Part shown: positions 43,633-53,584 of the stretch, piece after piece
Layout: every line of letters starts with the position of its first letter
Numbering within the stretch: the stretch's first letter is position 1
Source: an uncultured Verrucomicrobiae bacterium
Lineage (GTDB): Bacteria > Verrucomicrobiota > Verrucomicrobiia > Limisphaerales > BOG-1460
DNA: 64,000 bases
Direction: 5' to 3'
NCBI GenBank assembly: GCA_963760675.1
Contig: CAVXEG010000015.1
Location: 110,935-174,934, forward strand
The notes under the pieces: generated by a model
Seen by the model: the letters and a program-made list of their open reading frames with translations, nothing else
What the model was told of the DNA's origin: nothing
The model's database searches: none
Translations under genes and position numbers: made by a program

Positions 43633-46491
43633 TTAGCCTCTTGTCTCGGCTGTTTCCTCCCGTGACGGGAACTCAAATGTCACCTTGCCCGCGTCATCCA
43701 TGACGAGATACGCGGGAAATGGCTTGCCTGCCTTGGAAATGAATTTGTCGATCAGATCAGTCCGTTTCGTTTCGAGCAACTTGTGAGCCTGCTCGCGCTC
43801 GATGGGCCGCTGCAAAATGACTTTGCTGATCTTGAATTTGCAGGGCTTCTTCTCCGCCTGCGACCGTTCGCAAACGTAAGCGGAATCCGTTTCAAACACT
43901 TTTCCGCCGCATTTCGGACATTTGCCGACAGGTTGTTGGCCGGTGAAATCAATTTTCGGTTGCGGCTCCTTTGGTGCATCCTTCGGCTTTCGCTTTTCGC
44001 TCGCGCGGCGCGAACTCAAATCTGACCCCGCCGTCCTTCAGCGCGAGAAACGCCTCGAACTTGCGTCCCGTTTTCTTCGAGACGAACCTTTGAGCAAATC
44101 CGTTTTGCCTTCGCTGAGCAGCTTGGTGATCTGTGCCGGGTCGATCTCCTGCTGCAAAATGATTTTGCCGGTCCGGAAATCGCAGGTCTTGTCCGGACCG
44201 ACGGATTTCTCGCAGACGTAATTCATCCCGGCGTCGAAGACACGCGCGCCGCACTTCGGGCATTTGCCGAGCGGCTCCTTGCCGGTGAAATCCACCGGCG
44301 CGGCAGCCTCACCATTCTCCGCCTCCTTCTCCTTGCCGAAATCAAACTCGACTTTGAACTCGGGCGTGCAGCTTCAGCACGGCTGCGAACGGAAAGCCCT
44401 GCTTGCTGCGGAATCCTTGCAACGGCCCGATCTGCTTTTCGCTGATGAGCTTTTCGACTTCCTCAATTTCAAACATCCGGCCGCCAAGCGTTTTCCGGAG
44501 CGAGAAATCGCACTTCACGCATTGAAACTCCTTGTAGCTTCTCGTGGATTTCGCCGCCGCATTTCGGGCACGGCACATTCAGCACGCCGAAATCGCCGGG
44601 AATGGTGTCGTGTTCGAACTTCTTCGCGCGGTCACAATGTGCCGCGTCATGTCGGCGATCTCTGACATGAACTCATCGCGGCTCATCTGGCGGCGCTGCA
44701 TCTGGTGCAAGCTTGAATTCCCAATCGCCGGTCAGTTCCGGCTTGGTCAGTTCCGGAATGCCCAGTCCGTTCAGCAGTTCCATCAGCGAAAACGCCTTCG
44801 CCGTCGCCTGCAAGCTCGCGGCCGTTGCGAACCATGTATTGCTCGTAGATCAAACCTTCGATGATTGCCGCGCGCGTCGCCGGCGTGCCGAGGCCTTTCT
44901 CGCTCATCGCCTCGCGCAATTCGTCGTCCTCGACCAGCTTTGCCCGCGCCTTCCATCGCGCTGAGCAGCGTCGCTTCCGTGAAGCGCGGCGGCGGCTTGG
45001 TCTGGTTCTGCTTCACCTCGATCGCGCTGGTCTTCACGGTTTCGTTCGGCTGCACCGGCGCGAGGTTCGGCGTGTCGTCGGTCTGCGCTTCCTTGCCATA
45101 GACCGCCAGCCAGCCCGGCGTTCACCAGCACTTTGCCCGTGCTCTTGAACGGCTCGCCCTCGACGCGCGTGATGCGCGTGGTCTCCAGAAATTCCGCCGC
45201 CGGATAAAAAATCGCGAGGAACCGCTTCGTCGACCATGTCGTAAAGCTTCTGCTCCGGCTCGCTCAAGTCCTTTGGCGCGAGCGTCGTGGGAATGATGGC
45301 GAAGTGATCGGAAACTTTTGCGTTGTTGAAGATGCGCTTGTTCGGCTGGACCCAGTCGCTCTTCAAAATCGTATCGGCAGAAGCGTGTAGCGCGTGATGA
45401 AAGCGGTGCCGACCGACCCATGGCCCGCGAGCATCTCCAGAGTATTCTTTACCGTGCCGATGTAATCCTCCGGCAACGCGCGCGAGTCCGTGCGCGGATA
45501 GGTGAGCACCTTGTGCCTTTCGTAAAGCGCCTGCGCCAGGCCCAGCGTGTTCTTCGCGCTGAAACCCAAACCGCCCGTTCGCCTCGCGCTGCAAACTGGT
45601 CAAATCGTAAAGCAGCGGCGAGAGCGATGTGGTCGGCTTGCTTTCCTCGGTGACGATGCCGGGTTTGCCGAGGCATTTGTCGCGGATGGCTTCCGCGCGC
45701 TGGCATTTCCCAGACGCGCTCCGGCTTGAGTTGCGTCGTCGCCGTCCTTGTCCGGTTTCGAAAACTTCTCGTCAAACCAGCGCCCGGTGTATTCGCCCGC
45801 CGCGGCGTCGAACGTGCCGATGACTTCCCAATAATCGCGCGAGACGAACTTCTTAATCTTCTCCTCGCGCTCGACCACGAATGGCCAGCGTCGGCGTCTG
45901 CACGCGGCCCGACCGTCGTTTTGAAAAAGCCGCCGGACTTGGAGTTGAACGCCGTCATCGCGCGCGTGCCGTTGATGCCGACGAGCCAGTCGGCTTCCGA
46001 ACGGCTGACCGCGGCATCGGCCAGCGGCAGCATCGAAGCATCGTCGCGCAAGCGCTGCGAAGCCTTCGCGGATCGCGGCGGGCGTCATGGATTGCAGCCA
46101 GAGCCGTTTGATCGGCTGCTTGGCCTTCGTGTATTGGACGATGTTGCGGAAGATCAGTTCGCCTTCGCGGCCGGCGTCGCAGGCGTTGATCAGCGCGTCC
46201 ACGTCCTTCCGTTTGATGAGCTTCGCCAGGACTTTGAGCCGGCTCTCGCTTCTCTCGATCGGCTGGAGGTCAAAATGCGGCGGAATGACCGGCAGGCATT
46301 TGAACGTCCACTTGCCGCGCGCGGCCTCGACGCCTTCGGGCGGGATCGAGTTCGAGCAGATGGCCGACGGCCGACGAGAGCACGTATTGGTCGCTCTCGA
46401 AGTAGTCGTCCTGCTTCTTGAAACCGCCGAGCGCCTTGGCGATGTCGCTGGCGACGGACGGCTTCTCCGCAATGATCAATGCTTTGCCCAT
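43633..46491 (-). pseudogene. topB: DNA topoisomerase III-like type IA topoisomerase with three C-terminal zinc-ribbon repeats, at least 8 frame changes as assembled
   Basis: Toprim N-terminus MGKALIIAEKPSVASDIAKALGG, DAGREGELIF, and [16 protein letters not shown] (active-site Tyr region). C-terminal repeats CPKCGGKVF...CKFKISK / CPKCGARVF...CDFRTGK. The coding signal jumps among at least 9 listed ORFs. Confidence 0.75.
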
Positions 46492-46909
46492 TTTCTTTCC
46501 TTACACGATCTTCCCGGAAGGAAGCAATCTTTGTGCAAGTTGGCGGAAATTGGCGCAAAGCGTTTTAGAAGTCAAAAGGGAAAACAAATCCGCGCGATTC
46601 AGGTAGCAAACTCCTGATCAATTAAGATGCGTGTTCTGCTGGTGAGACCGTGAAGCATTATCGCGTTTTTCCAAGACAGTGCTCGCGGAGTCCTTTAGGC
46701 TTTCGCCTTAGCGATACGAATAAGGTCGCAACGCCAAAGCAGATAAACAAACAAGAGCCAATAAGTGCAGCCGACCCAGTTAGTGGTGCAGCCGCATTGT
46801 ACCTGTTGCGGAACTTCGCCCGTGAGTAAACCTCCCACTCCAATTAAATGGCAAGCAGTCCTATCCCGATTAGAAAAGTCCTCATTGACCTTACAGGTTC
46901 CGAACAATG

Positions 46910-48031
46910 TCAATTAGCCTTCCCCTCACGCACTGAACGCAGAATGCGAAGTTGGACCGCCTCGCCCGGAATCAGCCTCAGCGCTTCAGGCGCTTTGACG
47001 AGCAGCGGCAGGCCGACCTCGATCCGTTCAGGATTTGCGACCGGCGTTTGCAGCATCGAGTCCACGGGTTCCAATTGCGAGCCAACTTGAATTACCGTGC
47101 CCTGGAAAACGGACTGACCAAAACCCATCGGCCGGACTTCCACGATGTCTCCCACGTTTGGCCGTTGCGTGACCGGTGTGTGCACCCAGCCGATGACCCG
47201 GTCGGAATGATGCCCGCTCACGACGACCACCTTTCCGCCTCTGTCCACGCGGTCGCCCGCTCGGCGGTCAATCTGGCTGATGAACCCGTCAATCGGCGAG
47301 CTCAGGACCATCGGCTTTTGTAATTGCTGAATGCGCTCGCGCTGCGCCTGGATCGAACGCTCGATAGCTTCGTCCGCGGGGCTGATCTTCACCGAACCAC
47401 TCGCCTTGAGTTCGTTAACCGTTTGTTCGAGTTGCGCAACAGTCTTTTCCCTTGAAGCAATTTCGGCGCGGAATGAGTCGCGGTCGCGCTGCGCAACTTC
47501 AAGTCCCAGTTCATCGCGCGATGCGCTGCCGCTGGGGATAAGCTGGCTTTCGAAAAGCTGTTTCGCCCGCGTGTATTCCGCTTCCGCCTGCTGATGACGA
47601 ATGCGCGCCAGCTCAAGGCTCAACTGTTCGTCAAGCAGATTTGCCTGAAGCTGGCCAAAGGAATCGAGGTTGCGCGTGCGGTCCACGTCGATGCGCGTCT
47701 TCATCAGGTGCAAGTCTGCTTCGGCGGCGGCCAGTTCAGCCTTGAGTTGATCCGCATCAAGGCTCGCGATGACGGCAAGGGCCTGCCCGTTCGTGACCGG
47801 TTCGAGGCGATCCACTTTCAATTCCTGCACCGTGCCGGCAACAGTGCTGATGATGTCGGAATGGACGGTTTCAATCTCGCCGATGATTGCACCGGGTTCG
47901 ACGTAGTTCACCCACATCCAGCAAATGACAACAACCACCGCCAGAAACGTGAGCGGCGGTAGAAGGCGGACGCGGAGATCGTTCCAGCGCTGCTTCGGCG
48001 GAATGGGAATTGGAGAAAGATCGCTTTGCAT
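46910..48031 (-). CDS. HlyD-family membrane fusion (periplasmic adaptor) protein
   Basis: One N-terminal TM helix, a lipoyl-like hairpin (GTVQELKVDRLEPVTNGQALAVI), a long coiled coil, and a beta-barrel tail (SPIDGFISQI...). Confidence 0.75.
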   Translation of the reverse strand: MQSDLSPIPIPPKQRWNDLRVRLLPPLTFLAVVVVICWMWVNYVEPGAIIGEIETVHSDIISTVAGTVQELKVDRLEPVTNGQALAVIASLDADQLKAELAAAEADLHLMKTRIDVDRTRNLDSFGQLQANLLDEQLSLELARIRHQQAEAEYTRAKQLFESQLIPSGSASRDELGLEVAQRDRDSFRAEIASREKTVAQLEQTVNELKASGSVKISPADEAIERSIQAQRERIQQLQKPMVLSSPIDGFISQIDRRAGDRVDRGGKVVVVSGHHSDRVIGWVHTPVTQRPNVGDIVEVRPMGFGQSVFQGTVIQVGSQLEPVDSMLQTPVANPERIEVGLPLLVKAPEALRLIPGEAVQLRILRSVREGKAN

Positions 48032-48717
48032 CAGAGCTCCGATTCGTCCTGGGCTGCGATTGAACTGATTTGAGTAACGCCCTGCACGGCGCGCAATTCA
48101 GCAAGCAAATCATTCACGCGCGCCGGGTCGCGCATCAGCAACCAATACGAGAGATCGGCTCCCTTGCCTGACTCATCCGCGCGCTGGCTCGCGCGGTGGC
48201 TTCTGCGCGAGTGGCGAACCAGGAGATGCTCCATTTCATTCAATTCGCCGAGCGGACGCGACCAATGCAGGTTCAGAATCAAATCGTAACGATGCCGCGA
48301 ACCGAAAGAACTGGCTGAAAGATAGAGCAGCGCCAGCGCCATGACCGCAAGTCCGCCCACCGCCGTGGTGAATTTCTGGCTGCCGGCAGCCATGCCGAGC
48401 GCGAGCACAAGCAGGATGTAAGTCGTGTCCAGCGTATCACGAAGCATGTTACGGAAGCGCACAATGGTGAACACAGCCATCATACCGAATGCGGTGATGA
48501 TGTTGTGCGCGAGCACGTGCATGACAAGCGCGACGACCACCGGCATCACGATGAGCGATTTGACGAATGACCGGGAGTATGACAGGCCCGAATGCGTCGC
48601 CATATAAACCCACGCGATGACATGCCCGCCGGCAAACGCGAGCAACAATCCAAGAATCAACGCGGGAAAGTTCGTCGGCGCGCGGCCAATGTCGCCGTTG
48701 AAAAGTCCGTCAAGCAT
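48031..48717 (-). CDS. DUF4956 membrane protein
   Basis: TM-rich N-terminal half containing FTIVRFRN. Its stop overlaps the HlyD start by 1 nt (TGATG). Confidence 0.65.
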   Translation of the reverse strand: MLDGLFNGDIGRAPTNFPALILGLLLAFAGGHVIAWVYMATHSGLSYSRSFVKSLIVMPVVVALVMHVLAHNIITAFGMMAVFTIVRFRNMLRDTLDTTYILLVLALGMAAGSQKFTTAVGGLAVMALALLYLSASSFGSRHRYDLILNLHWSRPLGELNEMEHLLVRHSRRSHRASQRADESGKGADLSYWLLMRDPARVNDLLAELRAVQGVTQISSIAAQDESEL

Positions 48718-48749
48718 AAGAGTGGCAAGTGGTGGGTCGAGTGTTCACG

Positions 48750-49526
48750 TCAACAGTAGTCCATGATGGAAAATGTTGGGGCGGTCCGGACGACCCGCTC
48801 TTCGCCCGATCCCATAACACTTCCACAATATTTCGGCGCGCCGGTCTGAAGCAAATCAAAATGGCGCACCAATTCGTTGAACCAATCCGGGAAACGGTCG
48901 GTAAATTTAAGTTCAAGCACGATCTGTTTGCCGAATGGAGTCACCGGTCTTGCCATCCGTGTGGTAAAAACGGATTTGTGCTGCGGCTCGCCGCTCACAT
49001 GCCGATCAAATGTCACGCGCACTGAGTTGTTGTTCTTGCTGACCCAAGCCTCGCGAAGATATCCCACGTGCATCATTGGCCACGCATTGAGCTTGTGCAT
49101 GAGGTAGCAGAAACGCTGTAATGCCGCGAGATGATACGGTCTGCCGTCGGTTACATCTCTAATGGAAGGTAAGTGCCCTGCCAGCAAAGAGGCTGCCGCT
49201 TCGCGCCGCACCGCCCCACGCTGCTTGAGCACGCACTCATTCTCGCGTCGCTTGATTTCAAAGAACAGCGGCGACTCTGGATTTTCGTCGTAATAGCGAA
49301 CCCGGAGTTTGAATCGCTTCTTCTCGCAGTGGACCGTCGCCCAATACGTCATCAACGCATCGGAATCGAGATAGAGGCTGTGCACAGGATACGAATAATC
49401 AGGTTTGTCTTCGCTGAATTTGTCCGGCACGAGGTAGCATCTGACCATGTCCCGGATGTGCGCGACCTGGCGCTCGTTCACGAAATACTTGCGCTCGAAT
49501 CGCTGATGTTGCAGTTGGTCGTCCAT
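48750..49526 (-). CDS. VTC-domain (polyphosphate polymerase-like) protein
   Basis: FERKYFV, VHSLYLDSD, KRFKLRVRYY, FFEIKRR and LELKF match the triphosphate-tunnel VTC domain pattern. Confidence 0.7.
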   Translation of the reverse strand: MDDQLQHQRFERKYFVNERQVAHIRDMVRCYLVPDKFSEDKPDYSYPVHSLYLDSDALMTYWATVHCEKKRFKLRVRYYDENPESPLFFEIKRRENECVLKQRGAVRREAAASLLAGHLPSIRDVTDGRPYHLAALQRFCYLMHKLNAWPMMHVGYLREAWVSKNNNSVRVTFDRHVSGEPQHKSVFTTRMARPVTPFGKQIVLELKFTDRFPDWFNELVRHFDLLQTGAPKYCGSVMGSGEERVVRTAPTFSIMDYC

Positions 49527-49861
49527 GATATTTAACTAGCGTCGTTCAATGCTACATGACAGCTTAATTCCCGCCAGAGCTTTGCGTTGGCGGGGTTGAA
49601 TGGAGGATGCTTCTCGGGAATTGCCGGACCTGACGCAAGTCGTTCGACATCATAGGATGGAAACCATTCTGCTCGTTTTGCAGAGTCGCCGCGTCGACAG
49701 CGCGGAGCGACTCATTCCTTGTTCAAGATTTGCCGTATTTTGTCCTGAATTGGGCTTCGAGGACGCTGTCAGGAGCTGCAAATCACAAGAGATCACCTTC
49801 TCGTGCTCGATCTCATTGCGAACTTGATCCCTGACTAGCCGCCCTTAGCTTTGGGGCCGTG

Positions 49862-51871
49862 ATGAAAACTTCGGACCCTCTTCTTGTTTTTCCCGAACCT
49901 CGCGTTGTAGCCGGACTGTCGCGGAACGCCGCCGTGTTATTCATCGGACTGCTTGTGTGTTCCTGTGCAACCGGCTCCAAGGACGCAGCGCAGTCGTCGA
50001 GCGTCGCCAGTCCGGACGGACGACTGATGGCCGAGGTTCATCTCGATCCTGCCGGCGCGCCGCGTTACAGCGTTCGACTGAATGGGCAGGTCGTATTGGC
50101 TGAATCACGCCTCGGCCTGGTGCGCGACGACGCCGATTTTTCCAAGGGTCTGCGGCTTGTTTCGGTTTCTTCAGCCACGCCTGTTCACGACCGTTACGAA
50201 ATCCTGACGGCCAAACGCCGCCTCAACAATTATGTCGCCAATCGAAAAGTTTATCATTTGCAGACGGTTGACGGGCGGAAGATGGACGTCATTTTCCAGG
50301 TGTCGAACGACGGCGTGGCGTTTCGTTATTTCTTTCCCGAAACGAGCGCGACTACGCATAAATTGATCGACGAAGTTTCGTCGTTCCATTTCCTGCCGGG
50401 CACGAAAGCGTGGTTGCAGCCGATCGCCGTCGCCAAAACCGGTTTCGCGCAGACGAATCCCTCGTACGAGGAATATTACCAGAAGGAAATTGCGGCCGGC
50501 GTCCCATCGCCAACCGGTGCCGGCTGGGTGTATCCGGCGCTGTTTCGTTCCGGCGACACGTGGTTGTTGGTCAGCGAAGCCGGGCTGGGCCGGAATTATT
50601 GCGGGACGCGGCTGCGCTCGGAATCGCCCGACGGCGAATACTCCGTCGGCTTCCCTGATCCACGGGAGATCATTCCGGGCGGCCCGGCAAATCCGGAATC
50701 GAAACTTTCCTGGCTCACGCCGTGGCGGCTCATCGTGATCGGCGATTTGAAAACGATCACCGAATCCACGCTCGGCATCGATCTCGCCGACCCGCCCGCG
50801 AAGCGCGCGGATGTCGCGGATCTTCCCGGCAAGGCGTCGTGGAGTTGGCCGTTGCTCGGCGACAGCCAGACGACCTACGCGACGCAAAAGCGCTTCATCG
50901 ATTACGCGGCGGACATGGGCTGGCGTTATTGCCTCATCGACGCGCTCTGGGACAAACAGATCGGCTACGACAAGATCAAGGAACTCGTGGACTATGCCCA
51001 CGGCAAGAACGTGAAGGTCTTGCTGTGGTACAACTCCGCGGGCGACTGGAACACCGCGCCGCAAACGCCGCGCAGCCTGATGGTCACGCACGAAAGCCGC
51101 GTGAAAGAGTTTGACCGTCTCAAGCAAATGGGCGTCGCGGGGCTCAAGATCGATTTCTTCGGCGGCGACGGCCAATCCGTGATTGACTATTACCACGACA
51201 TCCTCGAAGACGCGGCGCCGTACGGCTTCGTAATGAACTTCCACGGCGCGACGCTGCCGCGCGGCTGGGAACGGACGTATCCGCACCTGATGACCATGGA
51301 ATCGATTCGCGGTCTGGAATTCGTCACGTTTGCCCAGGCGAACGCCGATGAGGAGCCGACGCACGCGGCCATGCTTCCGTTCACGCGGAACGTTTTCGAT
51401 CCGATGGATTTCACGCCAATGGCGCTGGACCGCATCAACAGCCGCGTCCAACGCCGCACAACCAGCGGCTTTGAACTGGCGCTGTCGGTTTTGTTCACGT
51501 CCGGCATTCAGCATTACGCGGAAATTCCCGAAGGCATGGCGAAGGCGCCTGATTACGTCCGCGATTTCCTCAAGCACGTGCCGAGCGTGTGGGACGACAT
51601 GAAATTCCTCGACGGCTATCCGGGGAAATATGTCGTCATCGCGCGCAAAGGAAACGGGCGCTGGTACGTGGCGGGAATCAACGGCGAAGCGTCTGAGAAA
51701 AAACTGTCGCTGAATCTGACCGAACTGCCCGTTCGGACCGAGGGCACGCTAATCACAGACGGCGACGGCGGGAATCTCTCGTTTCGTCGCGAGACGGTGC
51801 GCGTTCCAACGAGCGGGACGTTGGATTTTACACTTCAACCACGCGGCGGTTTCGTGATGGTATTTGAGTAA
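49862..51871 (+). CDS. glycoside hydrolase family 97 (alpha-glucosidase/alpha-galactosidase)
   Basis: SPDGRLMAEVHLDPAGAPRYSVRLNGQVVLAESRLGL N-domain. GLKIDFFGGDGQSVIDYYHDILEDAAPYGFVMNFHGATLPRGWERTYPHLMTMESIRGLE catalytic core. Confidence 0.75.
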   Translation: MKTSDPLLVFPEPRVVAGLSRNAAVLFIGLLVCSCATGSKDAAQSSSVASPDGRLMAEVHLDPAGAPRYSVRLNGQVVLAESRLGLVRDDADFSKGLRLVSVSSATPVHDRYEILTAKRRLNNYVANRKVYHLQTVDGRKMDVIFQVSNDGVAFRYFFPETSATTHKLIDEVSSFHFLPGTKAWLQPIAVAKTGFAQTNPSYEEYYQKEIAAGVPSPTGAGWVYPALFRSGDTWLLVSEAGLGRNYCGTRLRSESPDGEYSVGFPDPREIIPGGPANPESKLSWLTPWRLIVIGDLKTITESTLGIDLADPPAKRADVADLPGKASWSWPLLGDSQTTYATQKRFIDYAADMGWRYCLIDALWDKQIGYDKIKELVDYAHGKNVKVLLWYNSAGDWNTAPQTPRSLMVTHESRVKEFDRLKQMGVAGLKIDFFGGDGQSVIDYYHDILEDAAPYGFVMNFHGATLPRGWERTYPHLMTMESIRGLEFVTFAQANADEEPTHAAMLPFTRNVFDPMDFTPMALDRINSRVQRRTTSGFELALSVLFTSGIQHYAEIPEGMAKAPDYVRDFLKHVPSVWDDMKFLDGYPGKYVVIARKGNGRWYVAGINGEASEKKLSLNLTELPVRTEGTLITDGDGGNLSFRRETVRVPTSGTLDFTLQPRGGFVMVFE

Positions 51872-52044
51872 GAGCCGTTCGGCGCGACGCATCACCTCGC
51901 GCGACTATTCGCGCAGCCCGGCCTTGGGATTGGGAACAAAGGTCGCCCTTGTCGTGTTTACCGATTCCAATTTTGGCGTTGCCCATTCCAAAATTCTTCT
52001 CGACAGAATAGAAAGGCGGAATAACGTCCAAACTATGAAAGGAA

Positions 52045-52413
52045 ATGGGCAACATTCTGTCGCCTAGTACACTGTTGGACCATAGGGTCACGGATATGCG
52101 CATGATTCCAAATACGCGCGATGGATGGGTGGCTTTGGTGCTGTGCCCGTTTAAGGCCTACGTCGTTATGGGCCTTCCGGTCCTGGTTCTCATGAAAGCG
52201 TGGTTTGGCAGGAATCTGCCGTCGTACGTCAAATATCCGGAGGCAACTTATGCTGTCTGCGAGGGCTACTTTCTGTGCGGGGCAATTCTCCTCCTTGGGG
52301 CCGCGATTGAAGCGGTCATTTGCCGGCGGGGCAGCGCCACGCTCACGCTCGGATTTCTGATGCTGACTTTTCTAATCCTCGCGGTGCTCTGGCCATGGGG
52401 AATGGTGGGATGA
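52045..52413 (+). CDS. hypothetical membrane protein
   Basis: 122-aa ORF with 3-4 hydrophobic segments. The local region appears to have lower GC. Confidence 0.4.
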   Translation: MGNILSPSTLLDHRVTDMRMIPNTRDGWVALVLCPFKAYVVMGLPVLVLMKAWFGRNLPSYVKYPEATYAVCEGYFLCGAILLLGAAIEAVICRRGSATLTLGFLMLTFLILAVLWPWGMVG

Positions 52414-52423
52414 ATATTCGCTG

Positions 52424-52530
52424 GTCCAACAAGCGGGCTTCACTGGACGCGGCGATTGCGGTCAGTTTGCTTTTTGGACGCCAGTGGCGCCGCGCCAGTG
52501 AGCCCGAACGTTGGGCGGCTAAAGCCATGC
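52424..52530 (+). repeat. degenerate ~100-nt repeat, copy 1
   Basis: CCAACAAGCGGGCT...GCGGTCAGTTTGC...CAGTGGCGCC...TGAGCCCGAACGTTGGGCGGC aligns by eye, at roughly two-thirds identity, with 52886-52990. Confidence 0.4.
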
Positions 52531-52543
52531 AAATCCTGCGCGC

Positions 52544-52981
52544 ATGCTCTTGATTCTAGCTCTGCTGACGCCACTCATGGTACACGCGAAGCACGTTGCT
52601 CCGCCTGAGATCCAATCGATTACGAATAATGGCGTTCGTTACGTCGTGCCGAATGACAGAGGATTGCGAGCCTACGTCGAGGCATGGGATGTTCAGAAAG
52701 GAGGGAAGCTGTGGGCGAAGACCATATTCACACACTGGTATATTCCGCCATTTGGCACCGAATGTATCCATTACGAGTATCTCGCCTCGATGTACCTTGT
52801 GAAGGACGAGTTGGTTCTGACTTCTGAGCGTGGGAGGATTTATGCATTGAATATTCACACGAGAGCCTTGCGGCGTATGAAGTCAAAAGAGCCCAACAAA
52901 CCGGCTGCAGACAACGCCGGGATGGCGGTTCTGTTTGCAGCGAACATCAGTGGCCCGGTGTGCCTTGAGCCGGGGCGTTAG
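52544..52981 (+). CDS. hypothetical secreted protein
   Basis: Signal-like N-terminus MLLILALLTPLMVHA. The last ~30 codons lie inside a repeat element. Confidence 0.4.
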   Translation: MLLILALLTPLMVHAKHVAPPEIQSITNNGVRYVVPNDRGLRAYVEAWDVQKGGKLWAKTIFTHWYIPPFGTECIHYEYLASMYLVKDELVLTSERGRIYALNIHTRALRRMKSKEPNKPAADNAGMAVLFAANISGPVCLEPGR

Positions 52982-52990
52982 CCGGCATCA
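52886..52990 (+). repeat. degenerate ~100-nt repeat, copy 2 (forms the 3' end of ORF 52544..52981)
   Basis: CCAACAAACCGGCT...GCGGTTCTGTTTGC...CAGTGGCCCGG...TGAGCCGGGGCGTTAGCCGGC. Confidence 0.4.
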
Positions 52991-52996
52991 AGCGTT

Positions 52997-53476
52997 ATGA
53001 AAGTTATCAAACTACTTTTGAAGATTGGCGGATGGGTTTTCATTTCCGTTGCCATCATTGACCTCACGATCGCCTTCTTCGTTTATCGGCACGCACAAAC
53101 ATTCGTTCAGACAGCCAGCCGGGCACAAGCGACGATTACTAAGATGGTGGAGCGAGAAGGAAGCGACCACGACACCTGTTATTATCCTGTTTTTACTTTC
53201 AAGGATTCCAACGGACAGGAGCAGGAGGTTTATTCTTCCAGCGGACAATATCCGCCAGCGTACAAGGTTGGCGACAGGGTTACTGTGCTTTATCTGCCAG
53301 ATGACTCCGGGCACGCCAAGATAGACGGATTTTGGGAGCTTTGGATTTGGCCTGTTTTGCTGGGGGCTTTTGGTGTGATTGGGTTGTTTGTTTCGGTCGT
53401 GCAATTCGTGGCGGTATATTTTATCGGCAGATATGAGCGAAGAGTGTCAGCTAAAAATGCCACCCAAACAGATTAG
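52997..53476 (+). CDS. DUF3592-like membrane protein
   Basis: TM helix, then a beta-rich core (YYPVFTFKDSNGQEQEVYSS...GDRVTVLY), then a TM helix, which is the DUF3592 architecture. Confidence 0.6.
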   Translation: MKVIKLLLKIGGWVFISVAIIDLTIAFFVYRHAQTFVQTASRAQATITKMVEREGSDHDTCYYPVFTFKDSNGQEQEVYSSSGQYPPAYKVGDRVTVLYLPDDSGHAKIDGFWELWIWPVLLGAFGVIGLFVSVVQFVAVYFIGRYERRVSAKNATQTD

Positions 53477-53584
53477 ATGAGAAGACAGAGCGGCGCGTGA
53501 CGCCGGTTACACTCCGCCCATGAAAACCAACACTCCTCAAAACCAATTCAGCAGTTCCGTTGTTTCAACCTTCAGGCTGACTCC

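Noticed and set aside
50171-51577. Very long antisense ORFs in the six-frame track: 50171..51577 (468 aa) opposite GH97, 18927..19928, 11304..12065, 41237..42262, 45726..46421, 34674..35417.
   Set aside because: They lie fully inside genes with strong family motifs on the other strand. Their translations are Arg/Ala/Gly/His-rich with no motifs, as expected for open antisense frames in GC-rich DNA.
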